Below, piece after piece: positions 35,433 through 53,142 of a stretch of 64,000 nt of DNA (positions are counted from its first letter, which is position 1; the number at the start of each line of letters is the position of its first letter). The stretch comes from Amoebidium appalachense. Lineage: Eukaryota; Protista; Ichthyosporea. The DNA is taken from contig CAVNZM010000007.1 in assembly GCA_963693365.1 (NCBI GenBank), positions 10,909,962 to 10,973,961 of the forward strand. The letters run 5' to 3'. Made by a program: the position numbers and the translations under genes. The notes beneath the pieces are model-generated. The model worked only from the letters and a program-made list of their open reading frames with translations. It ran no database searches and was not told the origin of the DNA.

Positions 35433-36524
35433 GCTGTGTGCGTGCGTGCGTGCATGGGTGTGTATGTGTGTGTGTGTGTGTGCGTGCGTGTATGTGTGTA
35501 TTATGATGTGTTTTCGTGTGTGCGACCATAGGTGTTCGCAAAAGTGTGTCGCGCATGTTTGTGGTTTCTGTTTTTCGGCATGATTTCAACTAGTAAGCGA
35601 GTGCGTGAAGGAGGGCTTCTGGTTAGCAGGTGTATGGTCAGGATGAAAAGCACAAACTTTTAAAGCAACCCTCCTAATGGTATTCACTGCTTGAGGGAGC
35701 ATTCGCCGTGCCCCAGGTGTGTTTTGTTGAAATGCCATGACGGGGTGCCACTCTATTATTGTGAGCTATTGAGTAGTCGCGCTACCCTGCTTCTGGTCGG
35801 TGGACAAAGTGGCGACCTCCTGGCTGTAACGAGACTACGGGTAACTAGTGTGGCTGTACAGCGTGTTGGGTGGTGGGTGGTTGTGCGCACGCTTATCCAA
35901 GTGTAAGTCTTTGGTGCCCCAAGTTTTACGAAACCAACCGCCCAAGCCTTGAACCAGCCCTCATTCCTTTGCCTAGACCTGTTGACTGCTTAGATCCTTC
36001 GTTGGCCTGTACCTGCTTTGCGGACACCTACTTCTTAGCTGGCTATAGGCGGTGTGGAGAGGTCACAAGTCTTTCGTGCTGCTGTACGTGTTCAACCCTA
36101 TTCAAAAGGTTTTCCCCCCGTCTTCCCCCCTTCAGTGCTGTGTGTTTTTTTAGCTCAGTGCTTCACAATGTGCCTCACCGAGTGTCGTAAGCGTCTCATG
36201 GAATGCAGTTGTGGTGCACTTTTGACCTATCAAAAGGGTTGGAGGGGCCAGGAGGGGCTTCAATTTGGAGTGATATGATTGGTTACAAAAAACACAAACA
36301 TTTGATTGGCTTTCTGCTCACCCACCTGCATACCACAGGGAGCAAAGTGTTGAAGGTTTTGCACGCGGCCTCACGTGCATGCACACAGCCGCTGCAAGTT
36401 CCAAGACTATAGTAGTAGACGCACTTCCAGCGCACACGCACATACACTTGCACCTGCACATTGCAGGCATTGCATGCACGTACACCATAGTCACCCGGCC
36501 TCTATAGAGACGGAGAGCTCCGCT

Positions 36525-36981
36525 ATGTTGGGCTCCCGCACTTTGACACGTGAGAGACCCCAAGCCCTCTGTAATCCCTCGCTTTGCATGCTTTTGTCCG
36601 ATATGCCATCACAGCGTAAATATACAGATGTAGGGATTTTAGATATACAGGTTGGTTGTGAAACGGAAAAATAGACAGTTTAGTAGTTCTCTCGATCCTT
36701 TGTTATGAAGTAGAACACAGCCCCTCGCCGCTGCGTTACTTCTGAGCTTATTTTAGACGCAACTGCTCTCTCCCTTTTTCTCCCTCCTTCCCTCCCTCCC
36801 TGCGTCCCTTGCTCTGTCCTTCCCTTCCTCACTCCCTTGCTCCGTCCCTCCCTCCCTTGTTCTGAAACTCCGTCCCCCGTTCCCTTTCTCCCCCCTCCCT
36901 ACCCGCCCTCCTGCCTTACCTCCCACCCTCTCTCCTGCCCTCCACTCGTTTCCTTCACACCCTCCCTCCTGCCCTTCACTC

Positions 36982-37028
<47 letters not shown>

Positions 37029-37048
37029 CTCTCTTCCCCTCCCTTAGC

Positions 37049-37079
<31 letters not shown>

Positions 37080-37730
37080 CTTCCCTCCCTCCCTCCCTCC
37101 CTCCCTCTCTCTCTCTCTCTCTCCCCCCCCCCCCCCCCCCCTCCCCCCCCTCTCTCTCTCCCCCCCCCCCCCCCCTCTCTTTCTCCCCCCCCCTCCCCCC
37201 CCCCCCCCCCTCCAATAAAAGAATAAAAACAAAGTCCACCCCTCTTCACTTTTCTCTTATCCACATGCAGATATCATGCCTGTCTTTTCCCTTGCTGCCC
37301 CTCCCAAACCCCCAACCCCACCCTTCTTCCACCTGAACTCGGTGTGCACCTCTCTCTGCCTTTCCTCTTCCTCACCACCCCACCTCCCTTCTGCCTTTTC
37401 CCCCTTTCCCTCAGTGGCCCGTCCAGGCCCTGCATTTGTGCCGTCCCGAGGCCTCTCCCTGTCCCAACCAGTGCGGCGGCTCAGTGACCCAGCAGTTAAC
37501 GTGGTGCTAGTGGACCCAACCATACCCCCTAACACGGGCACAGTGGCCCGCCTGTGTGCCGCCACAAACGTATGTGTGTTGCTGGCCCATTACTTTTGCA
37601 GCTAGTGAATACGATGTGCCCCTGGGTGTCTGACTCTCTCACTCTGAAGTCGAATAAAGAGGCATAAATTGTTTGTTTGTGGTTTGGTTGTTTGCGTGGT
37701 GGTGTAAATGTGTGTGTGTGTGTGTGTGTG

Positions 37731-37775
<45 letters not shown>

Positions 37776-38193
37776 GTGTGTGTGGGTGGGGCATAACGTC
37801 CTAATGCATGCAGGTATGGCGGCGGTGGGAGAGGTGGTGTGAGGGCTGGAGAGGGAGTTTCAAATCATTGACACACTGTAGTGCTGGTGGCGGTGTGTAG
37901 GGAGCGTTATGGGGGGGGGGGGGGGGGGGGGGGGGGAGGGGGGGGTTAACAGGGGACATTTTTTTTGGGGGGGGGGGGGGGGGGGGGGGCACAATTGCTT
38001 CACCCCTCCCACCCCCCACACCCCCTCCCCTGCGCCCGCCCCAAATCTTTTACATAACTTCAAAGAAAAATAAATCTATAAATAGATTTATTAGATAACT
38101 GCACCTGCCCCCCTCCTCCCCCCACTCCTTCTCCCCCCTCCCCCCCCCCCCCCCCCAAAAAAAAAAAAAAAAAACCTCACACACGCTAACACC

Positions 38194-38272
<79 letters not shown>

Positions 38273-39293
38273 GCCACCTTATTCTTGCTGGAGACCTCGG
38301 CTTTGAGGTACATTCTCCCCCTCTCCCCCTCCCCCCCTCCGCCCCCTCTCCTGCCCCCCCAAGACACACACCCCTCCTCTGCCCCCCCTCCCCCCACCCC
38401 CCGCCCCTCTCCCCCCCTTCGAAACCACCATCACCTGTCTTGCACTTCTCCAGTATAGGTTGCAGGGACTTTGATCGCTGCAAAAGGCCAAAACTTACTA
38501 AATGCGTCTTCTTGTGAACGGTCCATATGGGTGCACATGCATGCCCGATTGAACCCCCACTGACCACACCCACAGCTGAGTGACAAGGGATGTGGACCAT
38601 GGCATGTATATGGTGCCCTACATGCACGGACCCCCACTGACCACACCCACAGCTGAGTGACAAGCAGCTCAAGCGGGCCGGCCTGGACTACTGGGCCCAT
38701 CTGAGCTGGGAACTGCAGCCGGACAAGGTTTGGGGGGGGGGAGGGAAGGAAGGGGTGGTTGTGGGTGGATGGGTGGGGTAGGGGGGTGCGGGAGTGTGGG
38801 GGGGATTCGGTGGAGGCTGTGGGGAGGGGGGGGGGAATGGGGTGTGGGGGCTGGGTGTGTGTGTGTGTGCGCGCGGGTGTGTGAATGGTCATGGAAATGA
38901 TGTGCATTGATCAATAAGAGAGAGACACAGAGAGCGGTAAGTAACGGTGTAGGTTGACCCCGAGGAGCGGGAAGGGAGGGTTGCATTGAAGAGTTGGGAG
39001 CATTTGGCTCATACACGTGACTGCAGGTGGGCAGTTGATGCCTAGCGTGTATATCTCCGTTACCCTTCGTGTCTAGGCCTACCCCTTTTGTGGAATGCCC
39101 ATTCATGCCCTAAATGATACGTGAGGAACGTAGAATCAAACACACAGGGTCTCTCCGCCGCTGGTTGGATATGGATAAGGTTGCCCCGCACTATCTTGCA
39201 GAATGGCTAACAACTTGCTTCCATGGTACATGCAAGTACACACGAAGCAAGCGCGCACACGAAGCAAGCGCGCACGCGCGCGCGCCGCGCGCG

Positions 39294-39369
<76 letters not shown>

Positions 39370-39563
39370 AGGAGGCCTTCTTCACCCGCCTGCCCAAGGA
39401 CCGTGTACATCTTCTCTCTGTGCATGCCACCACCCCATACACACAAATGAAACCCCGCCACGGTGACTATTTCATCTTTGGCTCAGAGGTGTGCAACCTC
39501 TCCCCCCCCCCCCCCCCCCCACCCCACCCCCCTCCCCCTTTCCCCCCTTTTGCCTCCCAACCC

Positions 39564-39614
<51 letters not shown>

Positions 39615-40129
39615 GCGCGCGCGCACGCACGCACGCATGCACGCACGCACACAGACAAGCTCTCCTACCAACTCCAGCGTCCCTCCACAACCTTGACCCC
39701 CCTCCCCCCTCCCCCCCTCCCCTTCTCCCCCTTGCCCCTCTCTTCCACAGTCATTTAATTTCGGCGGGGGCCCTGAGTTGCTTGATGCTTCCACTCTCGT
39801 GCCCCACATGCTGACCCCCCCCCCCCCCCCCCCCCCCCTTCTGCTTACTGCTGCAACTTTAACCCCCGGCCTTTCCCACTGCCCTTGCCTGCATAAGCAA
39901 CCCTGCTCGTCTCTGATCAAGACGGGTGACCTACTCATGTTCAAGTGAAACAGTATCTGAGTTGGGTTTCGTTAACGAGGGGAATAGGTCGAAACTCGGG
40001 TACTGTGGATGACGTGGGCCCCCCCTGAGGATGGGCTCTGCTTATTATGCATCCTCTTTATGTATGGCTTGCATTCTGCATCGTGTTATCCGTTTGTTCT
40101 TGTGTACTTCGTACTTTTTGACGCATTCA

Positions 40130-40164
<35 letters not shown>

Positions 40165-40314
40165 GCTACACGGCATGCCCAAGCACTGGCGCAGCAACCA
40201 CCCCGACCGCTGCTTCACGCTGCCCATGTTCAGCGACCACGTGCGCTGTCTCAACCTGGCCAATAGCGTCAGTGTGGTGGTCTACGATGCATGGCGCCAG
40301 CTGGGCGCATTCTG
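36525..40314 (+). CDS. trmL: TrmL-like SPOUT tRNA (cytidine/uridine34-2'-O)-methyltransferase with presequence (exons approx. 36525-36549, 37415-37569, 38272-38307, 38653-38727, 39372-39488, 40167-40314)
   Basis: VVLVDPTIPPNTGTVARLCAATN, LGFE, KQLKRAGLDYW, YFIFGSE, LPM..HVRCLNLANSVSVVVYDAWRQ. The first exon is inferred from frame continuity. Confidence 0.9.
39845..40135 (+). repeat. Intronic dispersed repeat, long copy B (~290 bp)
   Basis: Highly similar to 50917-51204. Confidence 0.9.
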
Positions 40315-40464
40315 ATGTGCACGTGCATCATGCCACCAAATATTGCAGACCCCGCCCGGCACCCTTCTGGAAGCATGCCATATATAGTTAGGCCTCCCCA
40401 CACACCTTAGGGCCCTCATCACATGTGACTGCTGGCCGCGGTGGGGTCTTGTATGCATGCGAAA

Positions 40465-40528
<64 letters not shown>

Positions 40529-40566
40529 TGGTGGTGGTGGTGGGGGGGGGGGCACACACACATGCG

Positions 40567-41470
40567 TCAGCGTTCACCCAATTTAATATTCTCCTTGCCA
40601 GTACTAAGGTCTGTGTACCATGCCTGGCCACTATCCTCTACCACATACTGCTCACTGTCCAGCACCACCGGCCTGACCTCCTCCATAGCACTGTACCCGT
40701 TATCCCGACTCCCCATTGATGGTGCCACGAACCTATATGACCCTGTCCGCATGGCCACATATTCCCCCTGCACATCCCCCGACGCCCTCTTGCCTACCGT
40801 CTCCTTAGACCCCTCCCCCTCCCACGTCGCCATGTCTGGGGCCACGGCCTGCAGGGTTGTCACCAGGGTTGCAAACTGGGGCCGTGCAGCCGGGTCAGGT
40901 AGCCAGCATGACTCGACTATAGCGTAGAGGGCGGGGGGACAGGGGGTTGGGCAGGCCAGCCTTGCACCTGCAGCAATGGACACGGCCAGGTTGAAGGTCT
41001 GCAGGTCAGAATAGGGTGTGGCCCCGTTGCTGAACACCTCCCTGTGGCCCCATGTGTCAGTATCGAGAAAAGAGAGCACGGGCATTATAAAGTGCCATGT
41101 GGTGCTGGCTGCAAGCCATGTAATGCAAGAGACACAGGGGTGATAGTGTGTGTGCACCAACCTTCAGGCTAGCACAGAGACGTGTGCACAGATTAAGAGA
41201 CACAAAAACCAACATGCCCCCCCCCCTCCCCCTTCTCTCTCCACCACCGCCACCACAAACTTGTGAAAGGCAAGGCAAGAGCACGACTAGTGTCCAAACA
41301 TGCTGTTCCGCAGGGGCACACAATGGTTGAGAGTAAAAATGTATGTGCCCGTGTGGCTGTGCGTGTTTCTGTCTGTGTGCAGTTGTGTCTGCGTAACGTG
41401 TGTGCCTGTGTGTCTGTCTGTGTGCTTGCCTGCCTGTGTGAATGTGTGTGTGTGTCTCGCTGTGTGTCTC

Positions 41471-41513
<43 letters not shown>

Positions 41514-43282
41514 TGTTGGGGGCGGGGGGGGGGGGGGGGGGGGGGGGGAGGAGGGGAGGGCTTCTGCGTGTGTCTGTCCTGGGAGGTATGTTCTTATGTG
41601 TTTGTATGTCATAGTGAGCGCGACTGTGTATATGTGTGCTCTCTGGAAGCAGGGGCATGGCGGGTTACGTGGCGCGGGTGTTTGTGTGTGCGTGCACATG
41701 CAAGAGTGTGTGTATGGGGCAGGTAGCATATGCAGCACACATGCACGATACGCATGTCTGTGTGTGTGTGTGTGTGTGTGTGTCATGGCAGTAGCATATG
41801 CACGTGTGTGTGTGTGTGTGCACGCGTGTATATGTGTGCGTGTGCGTGTGTGTTTGCAGATGTATGCATCACCCACCACACAGTGACGCCAAAAGCCCAT
41901 ACATCCGAGGCCTGGGTGTATCTCCTGTGTGTCATGGCCTCCAGTGCCAGCCACCTGACCGGTAGTAGCTCCTTAGCCCCCACCCTATAATAGTCACTGT
42001 CTGCCCTCTGCCGTGCCAGCCCAAAGTCCGATATCTTGACTAGTGGCAGGCCCCCCTGGGGGTTTGCAGCCAGCATGCAGTTCCTAGCGGCCAGGTCTCT
42101 ATGTAGTATGCCCTGGCTGGCCAGATAGGCCATGCCGCAGGCTATGTTCTGTGCATACCAGCAGCCCTCCACGGCCCCCACACACTGCGTCCTCCTTCTG
42201 AGACTGGTGGCCAGGTCCCCCAGGGGCAGCCACTCCAGCAGCAGACACAGGGGCTCGCCCTCCACCTCCTCACTCACACCAACTAGGCTTACCACGTTGC
42301 TGTGCTGCAGCCGCTTCATCAGTTCGGCCTCACGCAAAAAGGCCTCCCTCTGTCCAAAGTGCCTCTCGTTGAGTGTCTTGATGGCCACCAGCGCTGCCGG
42401 CCCACCAGGGCAGAACACTGCGCCCTTGTAGACCGTGCCAAACTCCCCCCGGCCCACCTCCTCCAGCGCTATGAAGTTGCTGCGGGGCACAGGCCCGTCC
42501 CTGCCCCGCACCTGCTGCAGGGCGCTGGGGTCCATAGTTGGTGGGGCCTTGTTGCGGGGGTACTTCTGCAGCCGCAGCTCCCTTGTTTCTCGCCGCAGCC
42601 GCCTGTTCTTGCGCCACAGCACCACCACAAGCACCACGGCCACGGCCAGGAGGACGCCCAGAGCCGTGCACAGCAGTATGCCCCACAGGGGGAAGGCGTG
42701 GGGGCCATATGTGTCCACACTGTTGCCCGTGACCAGCAGCCACAGGTTGAAGTCTGCATCATACAGCGCCACCCGCGCAAGCACGGCATAGCTGCCGTCG
42801 TCCAGCGCCAGTGTCTGGTTAGTGGTGTAGTTGCTGCCGGCCGTGCGCTGGCCTGGCGTGACCACTATGTCGTCCTCCAGGTCTGTCTGGAAGGCCTGCG
42901 CCTGCGGCTCGTAGGTGGGCGGGCACAGCCGGCCCAGCTGCGTGGCCTGGTTGCACACCAGCAAGTCCGTGTCCACTATCTGCCAGCCACGCCCCCACGT
43001 GCTGTTGGGCATAAAGGGCGCCATCGTGTCGTTTATGCGCAGCTCCCACACCAGGTTGCGCGGGGTGTGGGCCTCCTCTCTGGCTGCAGGGCCCACCACC
43101 CACACCAACGAGTAGCCTGAGGGGCACGGCACGCGCTGGAAAGGCGCCGGTCCACCATACGGCCCCTTTGGCGGAGACATGTAGCACTGCACCTGCTCAA
43201 AGCCAGGGGCAGGCTGCCGTTGAGCCCCTGCCAGTTGCGCGCACAGGCACAGGCCCAAACATACCGCCCCGCGCCTGGCCAT
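40567..43282 (-). CDS. Receptor tyrosine kinase (exons 43282-41877, 41041-40567)
   Basis: Signal peptide, ~175-aa ectodomain, TM helix, [46 protein letters not shown]|EVFS, CW, Tyr-rich tail. Confidence 0.95.
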
Positions 43283-45036
43283 TGTGAGAAAGTAGACCCT
43301 CCGAGAGCAAGCTACAGATGTACAAGAAGTGACAGGGATGCGAAACAGCTGGCTCCCATGTCAGTGTGCGCGCCTCCACGCCATTCACCGTTTTGTTGTT
43401 TGTTCATCTGCCTGTTCCCCATAGAGCAACTACTGCAGCCAATCAAAAAGATGGGATGTTTTAGCCCTAGGACACCTCATACCCCAGCTTTGGCGGGATC
43501 ATCATCTGAAGCAGCCTACACGGCGGTGTTTTTCTTGCGTATCTTTATTATAAGACTTTAATCTATCTTTGTGCAGATAAAACGACTATAATATATAAAT
43601 GCTACCACCAAGTTTTATTTTTAAAGATTTTGTACTTGTTTAAAAAATATTTGCATGCACTAACTATTCCACCATTGAAAGAAGTTCATTTTTTGACCCC
43701 CCCTGCTGGGTTTGTGGCTCCCCAGATGGCGCACGGCAGCGGCACACTCGAGTCCGCTGCGATCTGCTTGCCAGTGCACGGATATGAAGGTGAATATTGT
43801 TAGGCTTGGTGAAAGTCAGACGTAAGTGGCCAATCCTCTAAATGGCTAGCCAATAAAGGCACTAGTGCGTGGTCGAGTCACAGGAAAGACCAGCAGGCCT
43901 CAACTGTTGGCCACTGTGCCGCTGCAAGGTGAGACACACCGTGCTGACCCTGGCCTGGGCACGTCTTATTCGCACGCACAACTGAGGAGGTGCCGTATAC
44001 TTCTTTCGAGCCCCCTCCTTCTTTCCCCCCCCCCCCCCCCCCCCCCCCCCCCTTTCTCCCTCTCCATCTTCCTTGTTCACTCCCACCCCTTCTTCCTCTC
44101 CTTCTCCCCCTCCCTCCCTCCCTGCCTCCCTCCCTCCCTCCGTCCCTTTACCCCCCCCCCCCCCCCCCCCCCCCCCTCCCCCCCTCCCTCCCTCCCTCCG
44201 TTCCTGCCTCCGTCGCTGCCCCCTCCAACCCCCCCTCCCTCCCTCCCTCCCTCCCTCCCTCCCTCCCCCCTCCCCCCTCCCCTCCCTCCACCCCCTCCCT
44301 CCCTCCCTCCCCTCCCTCCCTCCCTCCCTCCCTCCCTCCCACCCACCCCGCCTCAGTCCCCCTCTCTCTCATTCTCTCTCTTTCTCTCTCTCCCTCCCCA
44401 GCCCCCCTCCCCCCCCCTCCCTCCCCCCCCCTCTCCCCCCCGCCTCCCTTCTTTACCTCCCTCCCTCCCCCCCTCCCCCTCTCTCTCCCTCTCTCTCCCT
44501 CCCTCCCTCCCTCCCTCCCTCCCACCCACCCACCCTCCCACCCACCCACCCACCCACCCACCCACCCACCCACCCACCCTCCCACCCACCCTCTCTCCTC
44601 TCTCTCTCTCGGTGCTTGCCACGCCCTCCCTCCCCCCCCCCCCCCTGTGTGTGGGTCTCTCTCTCGCTCTTGCTCTCTCTCATCTTCGTTTGCCCTTTTC
44701 CCCTCCCCCCCAACTCCCCTTCTCTCTCCATATCCCCCACCGGTGTCCTCTCATTCCCCCACTTGTTTTCCCCATCTTCCCAAGTTGTCCCCCAGCACCC
44801 ACCTTTCTTGTTCTTTCTTGTTTTCTCTGCCCATCCTTACACCCGGGCATTCTGCTTCTGCCCAACTGTTCACCCTTAGAGCACCTGTTTCGGGTTCAAG
44901 TTCACCCTCGTTTCCATTTTTTTTCACCAGTCGGCACGTTTGGCTGTTTGCACCACAGCCAAACACGTCTCACCCTCCCTCTTGTCTCTCGCTCCCGCCT
45001 CCAACCCAACCCATCTCTTTCTCCCTCCCCCCCCCC

Positions 45037-45072
<36 letters not shown>

Positions 45073-45875
45073 CCCCCCCCCTTCCCCTACCCACCCCGTC
45101 ACCCACCACCACCAACCCCCTACTCAGGCTTTTTCTTGGCTCATCTCTTTTATGTATCCCTTCTCATCTCTTCTCCCTCCCTCCCCCCCTCCCCCCCCTT
45201 CCTCCCCCTTCCGCCTTCAACTCTTTTTTTCCTGTTTACCGTCTAGCCACGGTACCTTTTACTGTCAGGCAAGCAGGCATGGCGGTGCACATGCAGTTCG
45301 GGTAGAGTGGCCTCCGACCCGCGCGCGCACACGTGATTGGGGAGAGAGGAAGAGAGGGGGGAGGGGGGGGGGGGTTCTAAGGATAGGGATACACTGGCAC
45401 GTTCGATTCAAAACCCTGCCGGCCCGGGAGGAGGAAGCCCAACAGAAAGAGAGAGGGGACGGAGGGAGGGGAAGGTAACAGAGAGCAAAAATCAAAAGAG
45501 GGGGGTGGGCGTGGAAACGTGGGTTAGAGGGGGGGGGGGGGGGAGGGGGGGGGAGGGGGGGGGGGGGGGGGAAGAACAAAAGATGGGTATGTGAGCCAAT
45601 ATTGGATAAGAATGTCTATCACTTAGCCATTCCCTGAGGCCGCCTTGCCATAGGCAGAAAGCAGGTCTATCTGCATTACCCCTACATTGCTTGTCACAGG
45701 CTTCTCGTGGTCTGTTGTCTGGTGCCCTTTGCTGTACGTGGGGGGTGCACCTTGACCACACGTGCTTGCCTGCATGCTCACACCACCAGCAGCCTGATTA
45801 CATCAACACCCCATCAAACTTCACACACCCTTTCTCAAACCCCTCCCCCCTCCCCACTCCCCACCGCCCCTCTCC

Positions 45876-46020
45876 CCTGAGGATAGGCTCTGCTTATTTT
45901 GCATACTGCGCGAGTTGCTGGTGTTGCATACTTGAATGCTTGCTTTTGCCTGTGTCCTGCACCCGTGTTTCTCATCGTGTACCTGTACTTCGCACCGTGT
46001 TCCGCATTCCAACAACCCCC
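45876..46020 (+). repeat. Intronic dispersed repeat, diverged 3' part (copy C)
   Basis: cccctgaggataggctctgcttattttgcatac...tgtacttcgcac..cgcattc followed by poly-C. Confidence 0.7.
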
Positions 46021-46103
46021 TCCCCCCTTCCCTCCCCCCCCCCCCCCCCCTCCCCCCCCCTTCTTCCCCCCCCCCCCCCCCTCCCTCTCCCTCCCCCTCC
46101 AGG

Positions 46104-46885
46104 ATGGTGCGTGGCACTGGCATGCTCAACTTCCGGCTGCTAGTGTGGGCCAAGAGTGGAGACAAGGAGTCGCTGAGGCAGGCGCTGGAGACCAATGCCC
46201 AGTGCAATGTCGACTACACAAGTGTCAAGGGGGAGACACCAGTGTGGGCCGCAGCAAAGAACGGATATGCAGACATAGTAAATATGCTGGTAGAGAGGGG
46301 CGCAAATGTCAACATACCGGATAAGGTGCGTGCACGGGGTTGTGTGCCGGATAGGGCACATATGCAAATATACTGAATGGAGTGGTATTTAGAAGCTCTT
46401 CCCCCAACCCTTCCACACACCCAACCACGCAGGCACTGCCTTGCACCCATGCTAGTGTTTACCCCACCAGCCAGAGCAAACCACCCCATATGGCAGCAGG
46501 CAGTGACAGGGTGCACAGGACGAGGGCTGCACGGCGCTGCACCATGCAGCTGCACGGGGAGACACGGCAGTAGCAATGATGCTGCTGGACAGGGGGGCAA
46601 AGGTCACGTGCAACAAGGTGTGCATCCATTGGTTGCTAGCACATGGCTTTCAGGCATGCATTCAGAGAGGGGTATGCAAGAGATGTGAAGGCCCTTGTAG
46701 TGACACAGATCACCACCCTTCGATCTCTTTCATTTCTATTTCAGTACTCCCCAACTCCTCCATCTTTATTTCATTGCCCCCATACCTTCCATATCTGTCT
46801 CAATACCCCTCTTCTCCTCCATTTCTGCGATACCTGCATATCTTCCCTTTCTATCTCAATGCTCCCCATATCTATCTCAATCATC

Positions 46886-46924
<39 letters not shown>

Positions 46925-47103
46925 TCTCCTCATTTCTAACCCAATACCCCCATATTTTCCATCTCTAACTCGATACCCAGGCTGGGAAGAGTCCACGAGA
47001 CCTTCTACCGGCCGACTGCGATCCAAGTCTGAGGTCGGCCCTGGAGGCTGCAGAGGTCGTAATACCCCTAGGCACACACGTACACACAGGCCCACACATC
47101 TGC

Positions 47104-47159
<56 letters not shown>

Positions 47160-47473
47160 GCACCCAAGCACGCGTAGATACGCGCAACGTACACATGCAG
47201 TGCACACATTATACACCCACATGCACGCAGGCACTTTCACCCACCTGCACACACAACACACACAGCACATACACATGTACACATGTACACTCACATGCAC
47301 ACATGCAATCATACACAGCACATAAAAATGCTCACATACACAGGCGCATGCACACATGCACACACATGAACACCCACACACAGCACATACACGTACACAC
47401 ATACACACTCACAGGCACACACTCACATGTGCACCAGACCATAAGAAGGCAGCCAGTTAAGATGAGGAGGTAG
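46104..47473 (+). CDS. Ankyrin-repeat coding exons (approx. 46104-46326, ~46500-46617, 46981-47055; last exon uncertain)
   Basis: GETPVWAAAKNGYADIVNMLVERGANVN, GCTALHHAAARGDTAVAMMLLDRGAKV, GKSPRDL. Confidence 0.8.
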
Positions 47474-47651
47474 TGGTACAGGCGTGGTGGGTAAGCCATG
47501 CTGATGGGGGCATGCCTGTAGAGAATGTGCCGGGGAAGCATGCCACACAGTGATTCACAGCGCAGCAGTCAACCTGCTCCTTGCATTGCCTCGCTACTGT
47601 CACTCCTTGGCCGCTGACAGTGTCGAGGCAGCCCGCCAGCCCCTCTCCCCT

Positions 47652-47684
<33 letters not shown>

Positions 47685-47755
47685 GGAGCCCCCGGAGTCC
47701 AACACCACCACCACCACCCACCGTGGGCTGACCCCACATTGGCATTCCCTCGCAG

Positions 47756-53072
<5,317 letters not shown>

Positions 53073-53088
53073 ACCAAACCCAACGATA

Positions 53089-53142
<54 letters not shown>

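Noticed and set aside
39951-40035. Canonical hammerhead ribozyme call
   Set aside because: The CUGANGA box is not correctly placed (TTAACGA at the expected position) and stems I and II are weak; kept only as a hypothesis.
42302-43120. Long + strand ORFs opposite the RTK (and similar ones opposite RGS-LOV and the CRTC-like gene)
   Set aside because: Antisense shadows of GC-rich coding sequence.
43865-45478. 537-aa Pro-rich ORF and overlapping long ORFs
   Set aside because: Translation of poly-C/CT tracts that are open in several frames; no domain signal.
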